From positions 3,683-67,682 of the forward strand of contig JABIVD010000016.1 of NCBI GenBank assembly GCA_018667335.1: a stretch of 64,000 bases of DNA, in the 5' to 3' direction. The position numbers were made by a program, and so were the translations under genes. The stretch comes from Rhodospirillaceae bacterium (lineage in GTDB: Bacteria; Pseudomonadota; Alphaproteobacteria; UBA6615). The notes beneath the pieces were generated by a model. That model saw nothing but the letters and a program-made list of their open reading frames with translations. It did no database searches and was not told where the DNA came from. Positions 27,998 to 38,613 of this stretch are shown piece after piece; position 1 is the first letter of the stretch; every line of letters starts with the position of its first letter.

Positions 27998-28285
27998 ATG
28001 GCCGAGAAACTTGAAGGCGCGGCCCGCGATACGGCGCTGGCATCCCTCGACGGATGGGCATTGGTCGATGGCCGGGACGCGATCAGCAAGACGTTTCAGT
28101 TCGTCGACTTCAACGCGGCTTTCGGCTTCATGAGCCGCGCCGCGCTCAAGGCCGAGGCGATGAATCACCACCCCGAATGGTTCAATGTCTGGAACAGGGT
28201 CGAGGTGACCTTATCGACCCATGACGCCGGCGGCCTGACCACACTCGACATGGAGCTCGCCGCGTTCATGGACGGCGCTGTATAG
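27998..28285 (+). CDS. phhB: Pterin-4-alpha-carbinolamine dehydratase
   Basis: [25 protein letters not shown]. Confidence 0.92.
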   Translation: MAEKLEGAARDTALASLDGWALVDGRDAISKTFQFVDFNAAFGFMSRAALKAEAMNHHPEWFNVWNRVEVTLSTHDAGGLTTLDMELAAFMDGAV

Positions 28286-28308
28286 GGTCTCTGCGACGCC
28301 TGTCACGT

Positions 28309-29382
28309 CTAACCCAACTGATCCGCCATCCAATCGGCCGACTGCAAACGGTAGCGATAGGTCCGGTTGTTGGCGATGTGGTTGCCGTCCTCGACGACCA
28401 GCAGTTCGACGGGCCCTGAGGCTTCGGACGCCAGCCGCTCGGCGTCGGTATAGGGCACCAGTCGGTCGAGTTTCCCTGCCAGCACGAAGAGCGGGCAGAC
28501 GATCTTCTCGGCCACCCCTTCGAGAGACAGCCGATGCGCCATGTCGCGGGCCTCTTCGTCTGAGGTTGATTTGGTTCGTGCGCGAAACGCGGTCCGCGTC
28601 AGGTCCGGCAAATTGTCCCAGACCGCACCCCAATTGTATGGCCCGGACAGTGCGATGCAGGCCTTGAGTCGATGCTCGTACGCAGCCGCGCGAGCGGCGT
28701 AGTAACCGCCGAGGCTGACCCCCCAGAGTCCGGCCCGACCCGCATCCACATCATCGCGCAGCTCCAGCCAGTCCATTACCGCGCCGACCGGCACTTCGTA
28801 GTCGTGTCGGATCGCAAATTCATATTCGCCTTCGCCCTGCCCGGGTCCGTCAAAGGTCAGGGTCGCCAGGCCACGCGCGAGGAACAGGCTCTCATAGGAT
28901 TCCATTTCCTCCTTCGAGGAATCGAGGCCCATCGCCATGACCACGACCGGTGGTCGGTCCATGTCCGCTGGCTTGCGCAGGATGCCGGCCAGCATTGAGC
29001 CCTCATAGGGGACCATCACCCGGTCACCGGCCGGCCGCAGGAACGGCAGGGCCAGACGGCGGCACTCGACTGCTTTCATGTGCGCCGATTGCATCTGGTC
29101 GGGATCGTTTACGAACAGGAACTTGGCGAAGTGGTAGCAGACCCCCGCGGTGGTCAGATGCTCGCCGGCGCTCAGCTCATACCCGTCGTCGAGGGCCTGC
29201 CGGCCCATCGCCTCGTGAATGGCGGCGCGCGCCGACCAGGCCGCGCACCAATCGTCCCAGCTCCCGATGGAAGCGGTGACTTCCTGGAAGTCCGTCAGAG
29301 GCACCCCGTTGGCGACGAAGCGCGGGGCCCAGTGGCTCAGCGCCGTTGCAACCCTTGGGTCCATTGGGTGATCACCAGACAT
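28309..29382 (-). CDS. Alpha/beta hydrolase (2,6-dihydroxypseudooxynicotine hydrolase-like)
   Basis: GLDSSKEE, FDGPGQGE, GVSLGG nucleophile elbow, GNH. Confidence 0.85.
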   Translation of the reverse strand: MSGDHPMDPRVATALSHWAPRFVANGVPLTDFQEVTASIGSWDDWCAAWSARAAIHEAMGRQALDDGYELSAGEHLTTAGVCYHFAKFLFVNDPDQMQSAHMKAVECRRLALPFLRPAGDRVMVPYEGSMLAGILRKPADMDRPPVVVMAMGLDSSKEEMESYESLFLARGLATLTFDGPGQGEGEYEFAIRHDYEVPVGAVMDWLELRDDVDAGRAGLWGVSLGGYYAARAAAYEHRLKACIALSGPYNWGAVWDNLPDLTRTAFRARTKSTSDEEARDMAHRLSLEGVAEKIVCPLFVLAGKLDRLVPYTDAERLASEASGPVELLVVEDGNHIANNRTYRYRLQSADWMADQLG

Positions 29383-29385
29383 GGA

Positions 29386-30147
29386 CTAGCGCGCAGCCAT
29401 GCGCAGCGCGCCGTCGAGGCGTAGCACCGTACCGTTGATCAGCACGTTCTCGCACATATGCATGACCAGGCTTGCGTACTCACTGGCGTGCCCAAGCCGC
29501 TTGGGAAATTCGGGTTGCTCGGACAGGCTTGCACGTGCCTCATCGGGCAGGCCGGCCATCATCGGCGTGTCGATCAGGCCCGGTGCGATCGTGTTGACGC
29601 GTATGCCGCGCGACGCGAATTCCCGCGCCGCCACGAGTGTCAGCGAGACGATGCCGCCCTTGGATGCGGCATAGGCGGCCTGGCCGATCTGGCCTTCGGT
29701 GGCCGCGACCGAGGCGGTGCTGACGATCAGGCCGCGCTCGCCGTCTTCGAAGCTGTCGGCCTCGCCAAGGTCGGCGGCGAACAGGCGCATCATGTTGAAC
29801 GAGCCGACCAGGTTGACCTGGATGACGGCGTTGAACGCGTCCAGCGGCAGGGGGCCGTTGCGGCCGACAATCCGGCCCGGCGTGCCGACGCCGGCGCAGT
29901 TGACCAGCAGCCGGCCCACGCCGTTGGCGTCGCGTGCGGCCGCGATGGCCGCCTCGCCGCTGTCGGCGCTGGTGACGTCGCATTCGACGGCCGTGCCGCC
30001 AATCTCGTCGGCGACGGCATGTGCCCCGTCCATGTTGACGTCGAGCAGCGAGACCTTCATGCCCGCCTTGGCACAATGGCGGGCCACTTCGGCGCCGATG
30101 CCCGAGCCGCCGCCCGTGATTACTGCTGCCAGTCCGTTGACGTCCAT
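29386..30147 (-). CDS. SDR, type II 3-hydroxyacyl-CoA dehydrogenase (HSD10-like)
   Basis: TGGGSGIG, VNCAG, TASVAA.EGQIGQAAYAASKGG. Confidence 0.9.
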   Translation of the reverse strand: MDVNGLAAVITGGGSGIGAEVARHCAKAGMKVSLLDVNMDGAHAVADEIGGTAVECDVTSADSGEAAIAAARDANGVGRLLVNCAGVGTPGRIVGRNGPLPLDAFNAVIQVNLVGSFNMMRLFAADLGEADSFEDGERGLIVSTASVAATEGQIGQAAYAASKGGIVSLTLVAAREFASRGIRVNTIAPGLIDTPMMAGLPDEARASLSEQPEFPKRLGHASEYASLVMHMCENVLINGTVLRLDGALRMAAR

Positions 30148-30220
30148 CTCAATTCCCCTGATGTGTGATTCTTATTGGGCGTTGGTTCTACCGTGGCGTT
30201 TGGTTGGCTTCAATGCGGGC

Positions 30221-31225
30221 TCATGCGCCCCGAGGCCGTAGGCGATCCGGGTCCAGCCCGAGAATCCAGCCTTCGATGTCACGTTGTATTCGATCACGTG
30301 GGTCGCCCGGAGGACGGTGGCCGTACACGACATTGAGCATCCCGAACAATCCGACCGTTGCGTCGAACCGGTCCTCGCCATCCGCGCCCGGCCCGAAACC
30401 GTCGCGGATATCCGCCGCGAGTGCGGCGGACAGTTCGACCGCATTGTCTGCGGCCCATTTTAGCAGGGGTTCGGCATCGTCACGCCGGTCGGCCTGATTG
30501 CGCTTGGATTTGTTGGGTGCGCCGATCCTGAGCTGCAGATGGGAGTAAACCTCTCCGGGGTAGGTCTCGGCCACGATGACACCGGGCCGGTCGAGCAGGA
30601 CACCCAGATTGCCGTCGAACGGCCAGATATGCAGGTCGCTTCTGGCGCGCATTGCAGGGGTGATGAGGTCGCGCCAGCCGCTGATTGCCGCCTTGCCCAC
30701 CTGCTGGCCGCCCAAGGTCCAGAACAGCGGGCTCGCCGCGAACCGCAGGTCGGTTGGGTGGTCGCACACCCGGCGCAGATCGTCGATTCCCGCCACCCCA
30801 AGCCCGTCCGTAAGCTGTTTGTGCCGGGTTCCTCCGGGCTTGTCGGGATAGAAGGGTCGGCGAATGGAAATCTCGTCGGGCTTTATGGCGGGCGTGTAGA
30901 AATCCGCCCAGTGACCGCGGCCGAAACGCGCCAGCGCTGGGATGAAATGGTTGATATTTGCCTTCACGGCATAGGCTTCCGGCAGACCCAGCGGGAAATC
31001 GAACCCGGCGAACACAGTTTCGCCCGCGCCCGCGCCGGCCGACAGGCGGTCGAAGAAATCATCGAGTTGGCTAACGGGTTCGGGGGCCAGGGCCACATAG
31101 CCGCCCGTCGTCGTACGGGCTGCGCGGGCGACCCAGCGTTTGCGCGCATCTACCGACCAGTCGGCATGGGCCAGCACTGCGGGTCGGGCGAGTCCGGCGA
31201 TGCGCCGGATCGCCTTTGTGTTCAC
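30221..31225 (-). CDS. DUF429-like protein (predicted RNase H-fold)
   Basis: HADWS, GFDFPLGLP, QVGKAA, IWPFDG, AETYP, EDRFDA, EGWILG. Confidence 0.7.
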   Translation of the reverse strand: MNTKAIRRIAGLARPAVLAHADWSVDARKRWVARAARTTTGGYVALAPEPVSQLDDFFDRLSAGAGAGETVFAGFDFPLGLPEAYAVKANINHFIPALARFGRGHWADFYTPAIKPDEISIRRPFYPDKPGGTRHKQLTDGLGVAGIDDLRRVCDHPTDLRFAASPLFWTLGGQQVGKAAISGWRDLITPAMRARSDLHIWPFDGNLGVLLDRPGVIVAETYPGEVYSHLQLRIGAPNKSKRNQADRRDDAEPLLKWAADNAVELSAALAADIRDGFGPGADGEDRFDATVGLFGMLNVVYGHRPPGDPRDRIQRDIEGWILGLDPDRLRPRGA

Positions 31226-32037
31226 CCCGCGCCGTCCTGATCGCCTTGATTGAACGATTCAAGAAATGGCACCAGCGCGGCATTAAATGCAGCGGGGTTC
31301 TCGAGGTTCGACAGATGCCCCGCCGGATCGATCTCGACATAGGTGGCGTTCGGCATCCGGGCGTGCATTTCGCGCATGCCGTCAGGCGGTGTGCCGAGAT
31401 CCTGGGCGCCGCAGATCAGCAATGTCCGCAGTTCGATCTCGTGCAGCCGGTCCATAAAGTCGAGGCGGGTCATGGCGTCGGCGCAGGCGATATAGCCCTC
31501 GACCGTGTTGGCCGCGATCAGCGCCCGTGCCTGGTCCACCAGTTCGGGGCGGTTTGCACGGACATCTTCGGTGAACCAGCGCAGCGGCATACCCTTGATC
31601 AGGGGATCGAGGCCTTCGCGGGCGACCCGATCGATCAGGGCCGGGACCGTCGCGGCGAACTCGCCTGTGAAGTCCGCCCGTGTGTCGGCGAGCGCATAGG
31701 CGTTGATCCGCTCGGGCCAGCCGAGCGCGAGGGCCTGGCCGGTCATGCCGCCGATCGACAGGCCGACGAAATGACTGCGTTCGATTCCCAGCGCGTCCCA
31801 AAGCCCGACGATGTCTGAAGCGAGGTCCTCCAGGTTCCAGGGACCTGGTGGCGCGTCGGTCCCGTCATGGCCGCGCGTGTTGTATCGGAGGATGCGGTAC
31901 CGGTCCGAGAGCACAGACACCTGAGTATCCCACAAGGTGTAGTTTGTGTTGAGCGAGTTCGAGAAGGTCAGCCATGGAGCATTTGTGGGGCCGTCGATCT
32001 GACAGACGAACCCGATCCCGTTGGCCTCGATACGCAT
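31222..32037 (-). CDS. 3-oxoadipate enol-lactonase-like alpha/beta hydrolase
   Basis: FSNSL, RYNTRGHG, GLSIGG, AGHLSNLE. Confidence 0.85.
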   Translation of the reverse strand: MRIEANGIGFVCQIDGPTNAPWLTFSNSLNTNYTLWDTQVSVLSDRYRILRYNTRGHDGTDAPPGPWNLEDLASDIVGLWDALGIERSHFVGLSIGGMTGQALALGWPERINAYALADTRADFTGEFAATVPALIDRVAREGLDPLIKGMPLRWFTEDVRANRPELVDQARALIAANTVEGYIACADAMTRLDFMDRLHEIELRTLLICGAQDLGTPPDGMREMHARMPNATYVEIDPAGHLSNLENPAAFNAALVPFLESFNQGDQDGAG

Positions 32038-32047
32038 GGTTTGCGTC

Positions 32048-33133
32048 CTATTGTGCGGCGGCTGTTGTCACCGGCTCGCCACCTCCGCCGATCGGCCCGA
32101 CAGCTTTTTCGATCAACGGTATGACCTCTCTGCCGAACCGCCGGATTGAGCGCATGACCGCCTCATGGTCGGTATCGCCGATGGTCATATAGAGCGCGAT
32201 ATGGCTCGACCGGACCTTTTGGATTTCCTCGACAAGTCTTTCGGCGACGGTCTCCGGATCGCCGATCGGGTTCCAGGCCAGGATATCCTCTGGCGACATC
32301 TCACCTTCGAAGGGCACCTCGGGCAGCCATGGTGCGTCGAGTACGGTCTGGCCCTGGCGCAGATAGGAAGACAACCGCACCTGGTATCGCGCGTTCTCGG
32401 CAAAGGCCAGCGCCTCGGCCTTGTCGTCGGTCACGAAGCAGTAGCGCAGGGATCCAAACCGCATGGATTCGGGATCGCGGCCGGCGTCTCGCCAGGTCTC
32501 GTCGACCTGCGCGCGAATCCCCGCGAGCGTGTCGGCGTCGCGGCCGAAGCCGGTGACGAACATCGGGTGGTCGCCCATCAGGGCGCGCCGCTGGGACGCG
32601 GGGCTGTTGCCTGCAATCCAGATTTCCGGTCGCGGCTTCTGTATCGGATCGACCGTGAACCAGGTCTGGGGCATATCGATATGCTTGCCGTGAAATTCGA
32701 AGGATTCCTGGCCCAACCCCTGGGACAGGAAGTCGAGCCATTCGTCGGTGACCGCACTCGATTCCTCGAGATCGATTCCAAATCGCTTCAGCTCATACGC
32801 CTGGTAGCCGCTGCCGAGGCCGAGGATCAGCCGGCCCTCGGTGAGGTTGTCGGCGAAGGTGATGTCGCCCATCAGGCGAGCAGGCTGATACAGCGCCGGC
32901 AGGACCACCGCGGTACCCATTTTGATGCGCAATGTCTGCGGCCCCACATGCGCCGCCATCATCAGGGGTGATGGCGCCATCGAATAGTTGGTGAAGTGAT
33001 GCTCGGTAAACCAGGAGACGCCGAAACCGGCGGTCTCGGCTGCCTGGATCTGCTCGACAGTTTCGGCGATGACCTGTGGCACCGTCTGGCTGCGGTGGCG
33101 GCGGTTCATCAGATTGAATATGCCGAAATCCAT
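32048..33133 (-). CDS. LLM-class (luciferase-like) flavin-dependent oxidoreductase
   Basis: MDFGIF, WFTEHHF, GRLILGLGSGY, PIQKPRP. Confidence 0.9.
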   Translation of the reverse strand: MDFGIFNLMNRRHRSQTVPQVIAETVEQIQAAETAGFGVSWFTEHHFTNYSMAPSPLMMAAHVGPQTLRIKMGTAVVLPALYQPARLMGDITFADNLTEGRLILGLGSGYQAYELKRFGIDLEESSAVTDEWLDFLSQGLGQESFEFHGKHIDMPQTWFTVDPIQKPRPEIWIAGNSPASQRRALMGDHPMFVTGFGRDADTLAGIRAQVDETWRDAGRDPESMRFGSLRYCFVTDDKAEALAFAENARYQVRLSSYLRQGQTVLDAPWLPEVPFEGEMSPEDILAWNPIGDPETVAERLVEEIQKVRSSHIALYMTIGDTDHEAVMRSIRRFGREVIPLIEKAVGPIGGGGEPVTTAAAQ

Positions 33134-33197
33134 GAATGTTCCCCTTAGCGTGTTTTTCTTATTAACCCGGTCGCCGGTGGCGGGAGTCAAGTCGCCG

Positions 33198-34082
33198 CTA
33201 TCCGTCCGGCGGTGTCTGCTGGCGGGCGGAATAAAGCGTGGCACCGATGATCACGGTAACGCCGATAATCGTGAAGATGTCCGGTATCTCGCCGAAGGCG
33301 ATGAACGCGATGAGGGCGATCATTGGCAGCCGGATATAGTCAAACGGTGCGATCAGTGATGCGTCCGCCAGATCAAAGGCCCGGGCCACCAGAAATATGG
33401 CTGTGGTGCCGAGCACGCCCATGCCCGCGGAACGCCAGGCCGCGTCCCAACTGGGCAACTGCCATTCTGGCAATGCGATCAGGGTGAGTAGCAGGGCCGA
33501 CCACAGAGTCTGATAGACGGTGATGGTGACCGTCGATTCGGTGCTGCCGAGGCGCTTCATCAGGAGGAACCAAAGCGCGTAGACGAAGGCATAACCCAGC
33601 GGCAGGATGGCCGCGGCCTCGACTGGGACGACTCCGGGACGCAGGATGATCAGCACGCCGGCGAAGCCGACGAAGATGGCGGCCCACCGCGCGATACGGA
33701 CCCGTTCCCCGAACATGAAAATGGCCATCAACGTTGCGAACAGCGGAGCGGTGAATGTCAGCGATATCACGAAGGCGAGGGGCATCAGCGCGAGACCACT
33801 GAACAGAAGAATGGTCGAGACGACAGTGATCACCGCCGCCAGGAAATGCATGCCGTGGCGACGTGTGTGCAGCACACGGCCACGGTTTCTCAGGAGCCAG
33901 GGGATGGTCAAGGGCACGGCCCAGAGAAACCGCAGGGCTGAGGTCTCGAAAGACCCGACCTCGTCGGCGACATCGCGCACCAGCGCATGGTTTGCGGCGA
34001 GACAGGCGGAACCCCCGAGCATTGCCAGGATGGCAACGACGGTGCGTGGCAAGCCGAAGATGTGCGCCCTCGTATCGGTCAT
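33198..34082 (-). CDS. DMT/EamA family transporter
   Basis: About 10 TMs; FGERV..RW, APFDYIRL, FGEIP. Confidence 0.9.
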   Translation of the reverse strand: MTDTRAHIFGLPRTVVAILAMLGGSACLAANHALVRDVADEVGSFETSALRFLWAVPLTIPWLLRNRGRVLHTRRHGMHFLAAVITVVSTILLFSGLALMPLAFVISLTFTAPLFATLMAIFMFGERVRIARWAAIFVGFAGVLIILRPGVVPVEAAAILPLGYAFVYALWFLLMKRLGSTESTVTITVYQTLWSALLLTLIALPEWQLPSWDAAWRSAGMGVLGTTAIFLVARAFDLADASLIAPFDYIRLPMIALIAFIAFGEIPDIFTIIGVTVIIGATLYSARQQTPPDG

Positions 34083-34981
34083 GTCGTGGTGGTCGTAGTG
34101 ATGCGCTTGGCGGCGAGCGCCTCGCGGCGGGCGATATAGACCGCTGAACAGCCGATGATCGTTGCCCCGACGAGGGTCCAGACATCGAGTATCTCCGAAA
34201 ACCAGATGAACCCGATCAGGACCGCCATCGGCAGCCGGATGAATTCGAGAGGAACAATTGCCGACGCCTCTGCGAGACTCATCGCCTTCGTCAGCATCAG
34301 ATGTGCCACGGTCGTGGTCACACCAATGGCAAAGGTCACCGCGATCATGATTGGGCTGGGCCAGACCCAGAACACGACCGCCGGGATGAAGGTGAAGAAC
34401 GTGATGGCGAGATTGAAAGTCAGGACGATCGCGCGGGTGCTGTCCTCCTGGGACATGACCCGGATCAACAGCACGTTGACTGCGATCGACATGGCGCTAC
34501 CCAGTGCGAGCAGCGCGCCGAGTTGCACGGTCTCGACACCTGGCCGGACGACGATCAACACGCCGATGAAACCGATGATGGTTGCCGTCCAGCGCCGGGC
34601 GCGCACGACCTCGCCGAGGAAAATTGCGGCCAGGATCGTGGCGAAAAGGGGTGAGGTGAAGTTGAGTGCGACGGCCTCGCCCAGGGGCATGATCGCGATG
34701 GCCGTAAACCAGGCCAGGGTGTTCACGGCGGACAGCGCGCCGCGAATGAGGTGCAGTTTCGGGCGTTTGACGCGCAGATCCGAGAAATCCCACCCTCGAA
34801 GAATCAGGGGCAGCATGAATATCAAACCGAACGTCGAACGCAGGAAGCCGATCTGGAACGGGTGCAGCTCGGTGCTGGCGAACCGCACGAGCCCGTGGCC
34901 GATAGAGAACAGAACCATCGCCCCGACCATCAGGGAAATTGCGACGACGGTGGGGGACATGGTGGAGAGGCGGCTGGGCAT
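34079..34981 (-). CDS. DMT/EamA family transporter
   Basis: About 10 TMs; FLGEVVRARRW, VPLEFIRL. Confidence 0.9.
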   Translation of the reverse strand: MPSRLSTMSPTVVAISLMVGAMVLFSIGHGLVRFASTELHPFQIGFLRSTFGLIFMLPLILRGWDFSDLRVKRPKLHLIRGALSAVNTLAWFTAIAIMPLGEAVALNFTSPLFATILAAIFLGEVVRARRWTATIIGFIGVLIVVRPGVETVQLGALLALGSAMSIAVNVLLIRVMSQEDSTRAIVLTFNLAITFFTFIPAVVFWVWPSPIMIAVTFAIGVTTTVAHLMLTKAMSLAEASAIVPLEFIRLPMAVLIGFIWFSEILDVWTLVGATIIGCSAVYIARREALAAKRITTTTTT

Positions 34982-35213
34982 GGTCGATCACAATAGAACA
35001 GCGGTGCGACGCCTCGATAGTCGGCTTCTGCGTGGCTGGGCTGCGCATTCGGCTCTGTGAAACCGTGTTCGCGGACTATGAAGGGACCGCCCGGTTGGGC
35101 ATAATCGGGATAGGCTGGGCTCGTTGACAGTGGTCGATGGGCTGTTGTTTATCAGCGGTGCAGCGGATCAGGTGCTGGACCCGAAACCAGAACAAACAAT
35201 TCAGGGCGGACAG

Positions 35214-35915
35214 ATGAGCAAGAAGGTGTACGCGGACGCGAAGTCTGCACTCGATGGACTTCTCCACGATGGAATGACGATTCTCGCGGGTGGGTTTGGC
35301 CTGTGCGGTATTCCCGAGCACATGATCCTGGCGATCCGGGATTCGGGTGTGAAGGATCTCACCGTTGCGTCGAACAATGCCGGTGTCGATGAATTCGGTC
35401 TTGGGCTCCTGCTGCAGACGCGACAGGTGAAGAAGATGATCTCGTCCTATGTGGGGGAGAACAAAACCTTCGAGGCGCAGTTTCTCGCCGGCGAGCTGGA
35501 GCTCGAATTCAATCCGCAAGGCACGCTGGCCGAGCGCTGTCGCGCCGGGGGCGCCGGAATTCCGGCCTTCTACACCAAGACGGGTGTCGGCACGCTCATC
35601 GCCGAAGGCAAGGAAACCAAGGATTTCGACGGTCAGACCTATCTGATGGAACGTGGCCTGACTGGTGATCTGGCGATCATCAAGGCCTGGAAGGGCGATA
35701 CGGCGGGCAACGTTGTGTTCCGCAAGACTGCGCGCAACTTCAATGCGCCGATGGCGACGGCAGGCAAGGTCTGCGTCGTCGAGGTGGAGGAGTTGGTCGA
35801 GCCGGGTGAGCTTGATCCCGATGGCATTCACCTGCCCAGCATCTACACCCATCGGATCTTCCAGGGTCAGGATTTCGAGAAACGCATCGAGTTTCGGACC
35901 GTGAGTGATGGCTGA
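35214..35915 (+). CDS. scoA: Succinyl-CoA:3-oxoacid CoA-transferase subunit A
   Basis: [30 protein letters not shown]. Confidence 0.88.
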   Translation: MSKKVYADAKSALDGLLHDGMTILAGGFGLCGIPEHMILAIRDSGVKDLTVASNNAGVDEFGLGLLLQTRQVKKMISSYVGENKTFEAQFLAGELELEFNPQGTLAERCRAGGAGIPAFYTKTGVGTLIAEGKETKDFDGQTYLMERGLTGDLAIIKAWKGDTAGNVVFRKTARNFNAPMATAGKVCVVEVEELVEPGELDPDGIHLPSIYTHRIFQGQDFEKRIEFRTVSDG

Positions 35916-35977
35916 CCGGAAGACCCGTGCAGCGACGATGGACCGGAAGACGAACGACAGAATGAAGGAGACGGATT

Positions 35978-36610
35978 ATGGCTTGGACACGCGATGAAAT
36001 GTGCGCCCGCGCGGCGTTGGAACTCGAAGATGGCTTCTATGTGAACCTCGGCATTGGCATGCCGACAAAGGTGGCGAATTTCATTCCCGATGGCATGGAT
36101 GTGAATTTCCAGTCGGAGAACGGCATGCTCGGCATGGGTCCGTTCCCGACTGACAACGAGGTCGATGCCGATCTGATCAACGCCGGCAAGCAAACCATCA
36201 CCGAGACGCCGAAATCTGTGTACTTCGACAGCGCGCAATCCTTCGCAATGATCCGCGGTGGGCACATCAACATGTCGATCCTCGGCGCGCTGCAGGTGGC
36301 CGAGAATGGTGATCTCGCCAACTGGATGATCCCTGGCAAGATGGTCAAAGGCATGGGCGGCGCGATGGATCTGGTCGCTGGCGTCAAGCGGGTGGTGATC
36401 CTGATGGATCACAACGCCAAGGACGGCACGGCCAAGCTGCTTAAGGAATGCAACCTGCCGCTCACGGGTGCTGCGGTGGTCGACGACATCATCACCGAAC
36501 TGGGCGTATTCCGGATCGGCGACGGCGGTGTGCACATCCAGGAACTCGCGCCGGACGTCACGGTCGATGAAGTGCGCGAGCGGTCCGAAGCCACCATCGT
36601 TACCCAGTAG
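35978..36610 (+). CDS. scoB: Succinyl-CoA:3-oxoacid CoA-transferase subunit B
   Basis: VNLGIGMPT, catalytic QSENG, KGMGGAMDL. Confidence 0.88.
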   Translation: MAWTRDEMCARAALELEDGFYVNLGIGMPTKVANFIPDGMDVNFQSENGMLGMGPFPTDNEVDADLINAGKQTITETPKSVYFDSAQSFAMIRGGHINMSILGALQVAENGDLANWMIPGKMVKGMGGAMDLVAGVKRVVILMDHNAKDGTAKLLKECNLPLTGAAVVDDIITELGVFRIGDGGVHIQELAPDVTVDEVRERSEATIVTQ

Positions 36611-36710
36611 TCACCGAGAACGCCGACTTGTTTTGGGCGTTTGGAAATCAGCGAGACCCCATGCCGCATGACCTGCCGTATGGGGCCTTTTTGCTGGGAG
36701 AATCCAGGCT

Positions 36711-37622
36711 GTGAATCGTGATGCTGTCATCGGTGTCGCCGCCGGCTTCGTCGTGATGCTGCTGTTCGCAGGGATGCTGGTGGTCTCGCGGTTTGGCGCC
36801 ACCTCGAGCCTCACCGTTTACGATATGGCCGGCTTGCGTTTCGGCATTGCGGGCCTATGCACGTTGCCGATCATCCTGCGGATGCGCTGGCCGCGTCTCG
36901 AAATCTGGAAAGTGCTGGTCATCGCCGCAACCTCAGGGGCGCCATTCGCGCTCTTCCTTTTTGGTGGCATGTCGTTTGCCCCGGTCGCCCATGGCGGGAT
37001 CGTGACCAACGGCGCCATGCCGGTCATTGCGGCCGGGATCGCCTGGTTCGTTTTCGGGAATCGTCTCGGCGGGTGGCGCGTGGTCGGGATTGTCATGATT
37101 GTCGGCGGCGTGCTGGCGACAGGCTGGGATGCGTTGGCCAACGGGATGCCCGGGCAGTGGCGCGGGCATCTGCTGTTCCTCGGTGCTGCGGCGTGCAACG
37201 CCACCTTCCTGACCACGGTGCGTGGCTGGGGCATCACCGCGTTTCAGTCTCTGATCATCGTGAACGGGGTCAATCTGGCGCTCTATGTGCCGCTCTGGCT
37301 TCTCTTCCTGCCGAGCAATCTTGCCGCGACGCCCTGGCCGGAAATTGCGTTGCAGGGTGTCTACCAGGGCATCGTCGCGGCGTTTTTTGCGTCGATCATG
37401 ATTGCCCACGCCGCGCGCATGCTGGGCGGCATGCGTCAGGCTGCGATGATGTCCGGGGCCCCGGCGGTGGCCGTGCTCATTGCGATTCCGGCCCTGGGTG
37501 AAATCCCGTCCACCATCAGCATCATCGGCGTGGTCGTTGTCACCGCAGGAATCCTGGTCGCCCTCGGTCCGGGCCTGTTGTCGGGTGTCGCGTCACCAGC
37601 TGTGGCGAAGTCGAAGCCATGA
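36711..37622 (+). CDS. DMT/EamA family transporter
   Basis: About 10 TMs; APVAHGG, LGEIP. Confidence 0.88.
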   Translation: MNRDAVIGVAAGFVVMLLFAGMLVVSRFGATSSLTVYDMAGLRFGIAGLCTLPIILRMRWPRLEIWKVLVIAATSGAPFALFLFGGMSFAPVAHGGIVTNGAMPVIAAGIAWFVFGNRLGGWRVVGIVMIVGGVLATGWDALANGMPGQWRGHLLFLGAAACNATFLTTVRGWGITAFQSLIIVNGVNLALYVPLWLLFLPSNLAATPWPEIALQGVYQGIVAAFFASIMIAHAARMLGGMRQAAMMSGAPAVAVLIAIPALGEIPSTISIIGVVVVTAGILVALGPGLLSGVASPAVAKSKP

Positions 37623-38518
37623 ACGCGAGACTGCCCAGCTTTGCCGTCGGGTTGGGCTGCGGACTTGTGGTGCCGTTCATCTGGGGCGGCTGGATTGTGG
37701 CATCGCGGTTTGGCGTGCTCAACGCGCTAACCCCATTCGACGTGACGGCGATCCGGGTCGGAGTTGCCGCCATCATCGTGTTGCCGTTGCTCCTGACCCG
37801 GGGTCTGGCGGGGCTGCCCTTATGGAAGGGCGCGGTCCTTTCCTTTGGCGTCGGCGTTCCCTTCGCATTGACCTCTTTCGGGGGTATGGCGTTGGCGCCG
37901 GTGGTTCACGCGGGTGTCCTGACGAACGGGGTGATGCCGATCTTCGCCGCGATCATCGGTTACTACTGGCTGCGCGAACTGCCGGCACGGTCACAGATCG
38001 GCGGCATGCTCCTGATTGTGGTCGGGGGTGCGATGGTGGGTGGCGACAGCTTCAGTCTCGATGCGGCGCCGGGGCAGTGGCTTGGTGATCTGTTGCTGAT
38101 CGGCGCGGCGGTATGTTTCGCCCTTTATATGACGGCGCTGCGCCGCTGGAACGTCACGATCCTGCAGGCCATCATCGCCGTCCCGACGATAAGTTCGGCG
38201 ATCTATATTCCGGTCTGGCTGTTGTTCTTGCCGTCGGGGCTCTTGCAGTTCGACAATTTTCCGCCGTGGCAGGAGGTGGCGCTGCAAACCTTTTATCAGG
38301 GGATCATTGCCAGTTTCATCGTGGTGATTCTGATCACGCGGGCGACAAAGTCGCTCTCGGCAACGACGGTGGCGGTTCTGCTTGCGGGTTCACCCGCACT
38401 GGCGGTGTTGTTCGGAATTGCGCTTCTTGAAGAGGTGCCGAGCGGGCTTGCCTGGGCCGGTCTGGCCGTGACGACAATGGGCATGGTGTTGGCAGTCGGA
38501 CGCCGCGCAAGAACATAG
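37619..38518 (+). CDS. DMT/EamA family transporter (paralog of the upstream gene)
   Basis: About 10 TMs; APVVHAGVLTNG, PGQW, YQGII segments shared with 36711-37622. Confidence 0.88.
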   Translation: MNARLPSFAVGLGCGLVVPFIWGGWIVASRFGVLNALTPFDVTAIRVGVAAIIVLPLLLTRGLAGLPLWKGAVLSFGVGVPFALTSFGGMALAPVVHAGVLTNGVMPIFAAIIGYYWLRELPARSQIGGMLLIVVGGAMVGGDSFSLDAAPGQWLGDLLLIGAAVCFALYMTALRRWNVTILQAIIAVPTISSAIYIPVWLLFLPSGLLQFDNFPPWQEVALQTFYQGIIASFIVVILITRATKSLSATTVAVLLAGSPALAVLFGIALLEEVPSGLAWAGLAVTTMGMVLAVGRRART

Positions 38519-38613
38519 TTCGCGCGAGAATCTTCGGGATCGTCAGCATCTCGTGTACATATCTGAATTGCAGAAATCAGCCTGTTTTGGCAGATTGGCG
38601 CCTGGGGGGTTCA

